The translations under genes were made by a program, and so were the position numbers. Positions 58,522 through 64,000 of a stretch of DNA of 64,000 nt are shown here, piece by piece. The stretch is taken from the NCBI GenBank assembly GCA_028708815.1, contig JAQVYB010000003.1:6267-70266 (forward strand), written 5' to 3'. Positions within the stretch are counted from its first letter, which is position 1, and the number at the start of each line of letters is the position of its first letter. The notes beneath the pieces were generated by a model. The model was not told where the DNA came from and did no database searches. It saw nothing but the letters and a program-made list of their open reading frames with translations. Origin of the DNA: Kiritimatiellia bacterium. Lineage in GTDB: Bacteria; Verrucomicrobiota; Kiritimatiellia; RZYC01.

Positions 58522-58629
58522 ATGGGTAAGTCGAAAGATACCAAGAAGGAAACGAAGAAAGCTCCTCAGAAGACCGCCAAGGAAAAGAAACTGGCGAAAC
58601 AGGCGAAGAAAAAAGGCGTCTCCATCTGA
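58522..58629 (+). CDS. Candidate 35-aa lysine-rich small protein (MGKSKDTKKETKKAPQKTAKEKKLAKQAKKKGVSI)
   Basis: ATG preceded by AGGAGG at -12; followed ~35 nt later by a strong intrinsic terminator; not in the ORF track because it is under 60 aa. Confidence 0.4.
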   Translation: MGKSKDTKKETKKAPQKTAKEKKLAKQAKKKGVSI

Positions 58630-58663
58630 GTGCTGCCCGTCTCGGGCGAATGCGTCTGAATTT

Positions 58664-58703
58664 CAGGGGCTTGCGGGGTGCCGTAAGCCCCTGTGTTTTT
58701 TTT
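58664..58703 (+). terminator. Rho-independent terminator
   Basis: CAGGGGCTT...AAGCCCCTG stem followed by TGTTTTTTTT. Confidence 0.6.
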
Positions 58704-58762
58704 CACACGTCTTCCATTCGTTGCTCTCTTCATTCGTTGGAAAAAACACATCGGATTTAATC

Positions 58763-59290
58763 TTGAAAAACGAAAACACGGGGAAAATTCAGGTCTATAC
58801 GGGAAGCGGCAAAGGCAAAACCACGGCCGCATTCGGACTTGCGCTGCGGGCGCTGGGACACCATCGCCGCGTCTGCATCATTCAGTTTCTAAAAGGCGGC
58901 GGTTATACCGGTGAAACCATTGCCCTGCGGGAACGCTTCCCGGAATGTGATCTGTTTCAATATGGCAGTGAGGCCCGTGAAATGACCGAGGCCTCCGCCC
59001 AACGGACCTTTGTGGAGGCTGCGCTGGCTCATGCAGAAAGGGCGCTGCCCTCGGGCAGGTTCGACCTGATCGTCCTCGACGAAATCAATGTCTGCCTTCA
59101 TGAGCGATTGATGGACACCGCCCAGGTGCTGAGTCTGTTGGAACGGAAGGCCCCGCACACCGAAGTCATCCTCACCGGACGCCACGCGCCGCCGGAGCTC
59201 ATCGCCCGTGCCGACCTCGTCACCGAGATGCGCAAAGAAAAACACTACTACGATCAGGGATACCCCGCCCGCGAAGGAATCGAATTCTAA
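58763..59290 (+). CDS. cobO: Cob(I)yrinic acid a,c-diamide adenosyltransferase (CobA/CobO/BtuR family)
   Basis: P-loop YTGSGKGKTTAAFG and CobO core; probable TTG start at 58763. The upstream part of the annotated ORF is K/R-rich junk. Confidence 0.65.
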   Translation: MKNENTGKIQVYTGSGKGKTTAAFGLALRALGHHRRVCIIQFLKGGGYTGETIALRERFPECDLFQYGSEAREMTEASAQRTFVEAALAHAERALPSGRFDLIVLDEINVCLHERLMDTAQVLSLLERKAPHTEVILTGRHAPPELIARADLVTEMRKEKHYYDQGYPAREGIEF

Positions 59291-59331
59291 CCTCGAAAAA
59301 ATCCCCGAACCAACCCGAGCTCGCTTCTTCA

Positions 59332-59408
59332 CTTAATATTTAAGGGCTGACCCCGGGCCGGACTTAATATTTTAGGGCTGACCCCGGGCCGGATGACCCC
59401 GGGCCGGA
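59332..59408. repeat. Direct repeats: 2 x 31 nt (cttaatattt(t)agggctgaccccgggccgga) plus a third partial copy (gaccccgggccgga); each contains a CCCGGG palindrome
   Basis: Read from sequence at 59332-59362, 59363-59393, 59395-59408; followed by an inverted repeat GGTAGGGCGA...TCGCCCTACC. Confidence 0.7.
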
Positions 59409-59460
59409 TTTTGGTAGGGCGAACTGTCCCGGTGAGCCGAAATCAAAGAGCGGCTCGGCA

Positions 59461-59703
59461 GGGACGCCTCGCCCTACCTCCCGCCACCAGCGCAAGGAGA
59501 GCGAACGGTTCAAGGCGTTCACCTACGAAGAGCTGACGAAGCGCGACAAGGTGAACCTCGACATTTTCTGGCTGAAAGGCGATGCGCTGGAAGAATCCGC
59601 CAATCTGCCCGCGCCGGAAATCATCGCCGCCGACATTACCGCCGATCTCGAAGCGGCTCTGGAACAGTTTGCGAGCATCGCCGAAGAGTTGAACGCAAAA
59701 TAA
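59461..59703 (+). pseudogene. hsdM: C-terminal remnant (~75 codons) of a second type I RM methyltransferase (hsdM) gene
   Basis: Translation ...RKESERFKAFTYEELTKRDKVNLDIFWLKGDALEESANLPAPEIIAADITADLEAALEQFASIAEELNAK* matches the conserved HsdM C-terminal tail as I recall it; no N-terminal part is present, only the direct repeats upstream. Confidence 0.5.
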
Positions 59704-59773
59704 CAGGCTCTTCGTCGTTTATGGGTGGCCGTTCAATTTGATTGGTGCCGATGCGTGCTGCGCAGCGCTGTGG

Positions 59774-61972
59774 TCAGTAAGGCAGGGGGTTGGTCCAGGT
59801 GACTCCGTCGTGGGTGACCCAGATGGTGTAGTAGCGTGGTTGGTTTTGGGGAAGGTCGGTGTCGAGGAAGATTTGATTGGTGCCTTCGTAGATGGGGCTT
59901 GAGGAGGGGGAGGCAGGGTAGTCGGCGGTGCTGCAATCGATGCGTACGCGGTCGCTGCTCATGCCGCATTGGATGGGATTGGGCCAGCGCAGGAGGACGT
60001 CGTTGGTGAGGGCGGAGGCGCGGAACCAGAAGGGATCGTCGCCGGGGATGATGTCGGTGCGGCGGATGGGTACCAGGGGTTCGCCCTGCAGGTTCATGCC
60101 GAACTGAACCCATCGGTTGGCTCCGTTGTAGGTGGAACTGGATGCCATGGCGAGTTTGTGTTCGGCGAAGGCGATGCCGATGTGGTTGCGCAGTTTGGTG
60201 AAGACCTGATCATAGAATTTATCCGCATAGGAGATGGAGGTTCCGCCGGAGTAGGAGCCGGGGGAGCCCCATCCGTAGCGGGAGCATCCCATGTAGGCAA
60301 GTGCGCCGCCGTTGGCGTTGCGGAGAAAGCCTTCGCTGAGGCTGGGGTCGGCGGTATCGAATGCGCCGGTGAGGCAGGCCATGGTGTAGACCAGGGCTTG
60401 CAGATTGGTCAGGGCGGCGGCATGAGAGGAGCTGAAGGAGCCGCTTTCGAGTCCCCAGATGGTGGTGTTGCCGTGGGTGGCGAAGAAGACGTGATTCCAG
60501 CCTTCGTTGAAGCGGGCGGTGACGTTGGCGGCGCTTTGAAGATAGTCGCCTGCGGTGGAGGAGTCCCAGGAGGTGAGGGTGTCGAAGAAGGCGCTCATGT
60601 GCTGGTTGGTCCAGAGGGAGAGGCGGGTTCGATAAAGGCGGCGGCACCAGATTTCGTCGTCGGCGACGGGGTCGTGGGCGTTGAATTGGGACAGGCCGTC
60701 GGAGCAGGTATCGGTGGGGCGGACGGTCCCGGTGTAGGTGTTCCAGAGTTTGTCGCCGAGGAGGATGGTTTTGCGCATGAAGGCGACGGGGAGTGCGTTG
60801 GATTCGAAGTCGATGAGCTTGTTGATATAGGCATCGGCCTGGGTGGTGGTGCGTATGGGCAGGCGTCCGACAATGACATCGTAGGCCATATCCACGCTGT
60901 CGTCGGTTTCGCCGTAGGTTCCGTTGGCATTGGCGTCCCAGGTGCCGTCGAGTCCGCTGTAGTAGAGATCGGTGGGCATGGCGGATTCGGAATAGCTTCC
61001 GCAACTGACGGCGGCATCGCGGTCGGGCAGGATGGTGTTGTCGCCGCCGAGCAGGACGTAGGCGGTTCCGAAGCGGGCGACGTAGTCGATGATGGCGTTG
61101 CGTATTTTGGTTTGGGTGTCGGAGCCGCCTGCCGGTTTGGTTCCGCTGTAGGAGGCTTCGATGGTTTCGAGGGTGAGGACGCGTGTGGTGAGGTTGTTTT
61201 GCGAGGTGCGGAAATCGGCGAGGCGTTGGAAGGAGTTGGAGAGGGTGTCGGAGGTGATGATGAGGTAGTCGCAGGTGGCGGTCGGGGTTTCATCGGTTTC
61301 GAAGGCGTCGGTTTTGGGGATGGTGGTTGCGGGGTTGATGACGAGGCCGTTGAGGAGGGAGGCGAAGAGGGAGGCGTTGGGGTCGGGGGTGGCGGCATCG
61401 GCGCGTTGGATGTCGGGGGTTGTTTCGAGTTGGAGTGTGATGAGCAGGTTGGTGGCGAGGAGGAGGCGTTGGGAGGTGGGTTCGTAGGTGAGGGGGTTGA
61501 GGCGGATGGCAAGGTAGGTTTGGCCTCGGAGGGTTTGGTGTTCGAGGAGCACGGCGCATTGGGCGGGGTAGGGCCGGTTGGCGGCGAAGAGATCGTTGGG
61601 GGGCGTTGGGAGGGACGGTTCAGGGCGGCTGAGGGGCTGGGGTTCCTGTTGAGGGGCGATGCGTATGTCGTCGCGGAGGGTGGTGGTGTCGGCGCGGGTT
61701 TGAATGGCGGTGGCGCGGAGTCCTTTCGGCAGGAGGATGTGTACGTAGCGGGCGGGAAGCCAGGGCGCGCCGGGGTCGTCGAGGGGCAGTACGCCTTCGG
61801 GGATGTGTGGAATCCATTGTCCGGGTGCGAATTCCTCGAAGGTGATATCGGCCTCGGTCCAGGTGAAGGAGTAGGTTTGTTCGTCAGCCGAGGCAAAGGC
61901 GGTCAAGAGAATGCTCCACAGGAGGAAGACTCGAATTGAACTGGAGCGCAACGGATTCATGGCTGAAAACAT
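59774..61972 (-). CDS. Secreted peptidase family C25 (gingipain-like) cysteine protease
   Basis: Signal peptide; candidate catalytic His in FFATHGN and Cys in YTMACLTG with spacing similar to gingipain; 732 aa. Confidence 0.45.
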   Translation of the reverse strand: MFSAMNPLRSSSIRVFLLWSILLTAFASADEQTYSFTWTEADITFEEFAPGQWIPHIPEGVLPLDDPGAPWLPARYVHILLPKGLRATAIQTRADTTTLRDDIRIAPQQEPQPLSRPEPSLPTPPNDLFAANRPYPAQCAVLLEHQTLRGQTYLAIRLNPLTYEPTSQRLLLATNLLITLQLETTPDIQRADAATPDPNASLFASLLNGLVINPATTIPKTDAFETDETPTATCDYLIITSDTLSNSFQRLADFRTSQNNLTTRVLTLETIEASYSGTKPAGGSDTQTKIRNAIIDYVARFGTAYVLLGGDNTILPDRDAAVSCGSYSESAMPTDLYYSGLDGTWDANANGTYGETDDSVDMAYDVIVGRLPIRTTTQADAYINKLIDFESNALPVAFMRKTILLGDKLWNTYTGTVRPTDTCSDGLSQFNAHDPVADDEIWCRRLYRTRLSLWTNQHMSAFFDTLTSWDSSTAGDYLQSAANVTARFNEGWNHVFFATHGNTTIWGLESGSFSSSHAAALTNLQALVYTMACLTGAFDTADPSLSEGFLRNANGGALAYMGCSRYGWGSPGSYSGGTSISYADKFYDQVFTKLRNHIGIAFAEHKLAMASSSTYNGANRWVQFGMNLQGEPLVPIRRTDIIPGDDPFWFRASALTNDVLLRWPNPIQCGMSSDRVRIDCSTADYPASPSSSPIYEGTNQIFLDTDLPQNQPRYYTIWVTHDGVTWTNPLPY

Positions 61973-62232
61973 ACGCAGAAGGGATCGGTTAATTTAGCGC
62001 TAAATGCCGGAAAATAGCCCGCTGCTTTCTGCGGGGTGGAAAAAAGGCATTTTTTGACAGGATCAAGCGGATTTGCTGGATACGGAATGGTTCGGGGGAT
62101 TTGGGTTTGCCGTTCATTTGGGTTGTTGTACGGCTTGACCGGTGATGTTTCTTCCAATAGTATCCTTCCCGCTGCGGGGTCATGCTTGACGGCATGGCGG
62201 ATTGTTCGGAGTTGAGCTGAAAGGAGTCGGTT

Positions 62233-63690
62233 ATGGGAGTTTCGCAAGGGACAGAGGGAGGGGACGCCAGAGTTCGGGGCATGGCGGATGATTTGATGGA
62301 ACGTGCGCTGATGGCGGCGGCGGTGTATGAATCGTATGATCAGGAGGCGACGGACCGCATTGTGGAACGGGTTTTCCGCGCGGGGTTCAATCGGCGAGTG
62401 GAGCTGGCCAAGATGGCTGCCGAGGAGACCCGTATGGGGGTTTGGCAGCACAAGGTCATGAAAAACATGCTGGCCACGCAATTGGTGTATGAAAGCATTC
62501 GCGACGAGAAAACGGTCGGGGTGTTGTCGGAAAATCCGGTGATGGGCATCACGGAAATAGCGCAGCCGCTCGGACCGGTGCTTGCAATTATTCCGGTGAC
62601 GAATCCGACGTCGACCACCCTGTTCAAGATTCTGATCTGCCTGAAGGCGCGCAATCCGGTTATTATCAGTCCGACGCGCAAGGCGGTGAAATGCTGCCAG
62701 GCGGCGGCGCGTATCTGCTATGAGGCGGCGATGGAGGCGGGTGCTCCGGAGGATTGCATTCAGTGGATGCCTGAGACGTCGCGCGAGCTTACGCAGGCGG
62801 TGATGGGGCATAAGAAGCTGGCCCTGATTCTGGCCACGGGTGGCACGGGGTTGGTGGGGGCGGCCTACAGTTCGGGCACGCCGGCGATCGGTGTGGGGCC
62901 GGGCAATGTGCCGGTGCTGATCGATGACAGCGCCGACCTGCCGTTTGCGGTGGAGAGCATCATGACCTCCAAGACCTTTGACAACGGGACTATTTGCGCG
63001 AGTGAACAGGCCGTGGTGCTCGAGAAACGGATTGCAGCGGATGTCTGCCGCGAATTCGAGCGGCACAACGGGGTGATGCTGGATGCGGAGAATGTTCGAA
63101 AACTTCAGGCGTGCGCGGTGCTTCCGAACGGCAACATGAATCCGGATGTGGTGGGACAACCCGCCGAGGCGGTGGCCCGGATGGCGGGAATTTCGGTGCC
63201 GGAAGGTACGCGTTTGCTCCTTGCCCGGTTGACGGGAACAGGCTTGGATCATCCGCTTTCGGGGGAGGTGCTCGCGCCGATTCTGGCGTTTTACGAGGAA
63301 GCTGATTTCAATAAGGCGATCAAGCGTTGCATTGATCTGAATTATCTGGGCGGCGTGGGGCATACGGCGGCGATTTATTCGAACAATGAGGAACGCATTG
63401 CGCTGTTTGGCCGGCTGATGAATGCGGGGCGCGTGCTGGTGAATACGCCGTCGTCGCAGGGGGCGGTGGGAGGATCCTACAACTCGCTCCATCCGTCGTT
63501 TACGCTTGGATGCGGATCGGGCGGAAAGAACAGTACGACGGAAAATGTGACGGCGAAGCATTTGATCAATATCAAGCGCTTGTGCCGTCTCCGCATCAAC
63601 GAACGGCTGGCACGGTTCAACAAGGACGAGTTTCTGGATGAAACGAAGGATGTGGATGCCGTGTTGCGGGATTACAACAGGAATTGGTAG
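62233..63690 (+). CDS. Acetylating aldehyde dehydrogenase (AdhE N-terminal domain/EutE/PduP-like)
   Basis: AAGGAG at -9; motifs IPVTNPTSTTLFKILICLKARNPVII and GVGPGNVPVLIDDSAD, catalytic Cys in NGTICASEQ. Confidence 0.75.
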   Translation: MGVSQGTEGGDARVRGMADDLMERALMAAAVYESYDQEATDRIVERVFRAGFNRRVELAKMAAEETRMGVWQHKVMKNMLATQLVYESIRDEKTVGVLSENPVMGITEIAQPLGPVLAIIPVTNPTSTTLFKILICLKARNPVIISPTRKAVKCCQAAARICYEAAMEAGAPEDCIQWMPETSRELTQAVMGHKKLALILATGGTGLVGAAYSSGTPAIGVGPGNVPVLIDDSADLPFAVESIMTSKTFDNGTICASEQAVVLEKRIAADVCREFERHNGVMLDAENVRKLQACAVLPNGNMNPDVVGQPAEAVARMAGISVPEGTRLLLARLTGTGLDHPLSGEVLAPILAFYEEADFNKAIKRCIDLNYLGGVGHTAAIYSNNEERIALFGRLMNAGRVLVNTPSSQGAVGGSYNSLHPSFTLGCGSGGKNSTTENVTAKHLINIKRLCRLRINERLARFNKDEFLDETKDVDAVLRDYNRNW

Positions 63691-63750
63691 AGCAGATTGG
63701 GCGTGGGCGCCCCATGGGCGCTCATGCTTCAGAACGAACGGGAGAGTTTG

Positions 63751-64000
63751 ATGATATCGAGCAAGTATGAGATGGAACGTGATGAGTTGCTGTGTGTGTT
63801 CGCCGGGCGTCTGGATGCCGAAGCGGGACAGGCGGATACGAAGGTGTTCGAGTCGGCCTGGCAGGCGGCGCAGAACGAACGCGGCGACCGGGCGGGCGCC
63901 ATGAAGATTGTTTTTGATCTGGGCGAAGTGAATTATGTTTCTTCCGGGTTTCTTCGGCTCTGCATGCAGGCATCGAAAAAGCCGGGCGGCAATCAGTTGC
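63751..64000 (+). CDS. STAS-domain protein (anti-sigma-factor antagonist-like), 3'-truncated by the window end
   Basis: ATG 63751; translation MISSKYEMERDELLCVFAGRLDAEAG...VFDLGEVNYVSSGFLRL has the SpoIIAA/STAS pattern. Confidence 0.4.
   Translation, partial: MISSKYEMERDELLCVFAGRLDAEAGQADTKVFESAWQAAQNERGDRAGAMKIVFDLGEVNYVSSGFLRLCMQASKKPGGNQL

Noticed and set aside
59969-61939. 656-aa plus-strand Gly-rich ORF and 433-aa P/T-rich minus ORF (60595..61896)
   Set aside because: Alternative frames of the C25 peptidase gene; extreme low-complexity G/V/A or P/T/S composition caused by GC3 skew, no motifs

Overview
High-GC (~60%) bacterial chromosomal segment, densely coding on both strands. Gene content (GH5/CBM glycanase, NagB, AdhE-like aldehyde dehydrogenase, MlaEFD, RND efflux) suggests a polysaccharide-degrading Gram-negative of the PVC type, but this is a low-confidence guess. 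Most of the window is ordinary housekeeping, transport and two-component signalling genes. Three things stand out. (1) A ~10.5 kb block (13.55-24.4 kb) with AT-rich flanks carries a complete type I restriction-modification operon (half-size hsdS, hsdM, full hsdS, hsdR, DUF45 metallopeptidase). Two extra genes sit translationally coupled between hsdM and the second hsdS: an AlbA_2/Schlafen-like ATPase and, more unusually, a RAYT-type HuH tyrosine-transposase domain fused to a DprA/Smf-like (SLOG) Rossmann domain. Both carry short in-frame tandem repeats. I consider this embedded RAYT-DprA fusion the best candidate for an undescribed defence-associated component. (2) A perfectly phased triplet of TTCCAA-N3-TTGGAA palindromes, starts exactly 31 bp apart, lies immediately upstream of a secreted W/P/F-rich repeat protein that heads an mlaEFD operon. 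(3) A second, decayed type I RM trace (hsdM C-terminal remnant plus direct repeats) lies next to a C25 gingipain-like peptidase. Other features include an orphan chemotaxis-accessory cluster (CheD-HDOD-CheY-CheX-REC-hybrid HK) with no CheA/CheW/MCP, two EIIA(Ntr)-type domain fusions, a NeuB-centred glycan-modification cluster, a lysine-rich 35-aa ORF with strong Shine-Dalgarno and terminator, and a low-GC internally duplicated gene interrupted by a single in-frame TGA. No rRNA, tRNA or CRISPR array was recognised.
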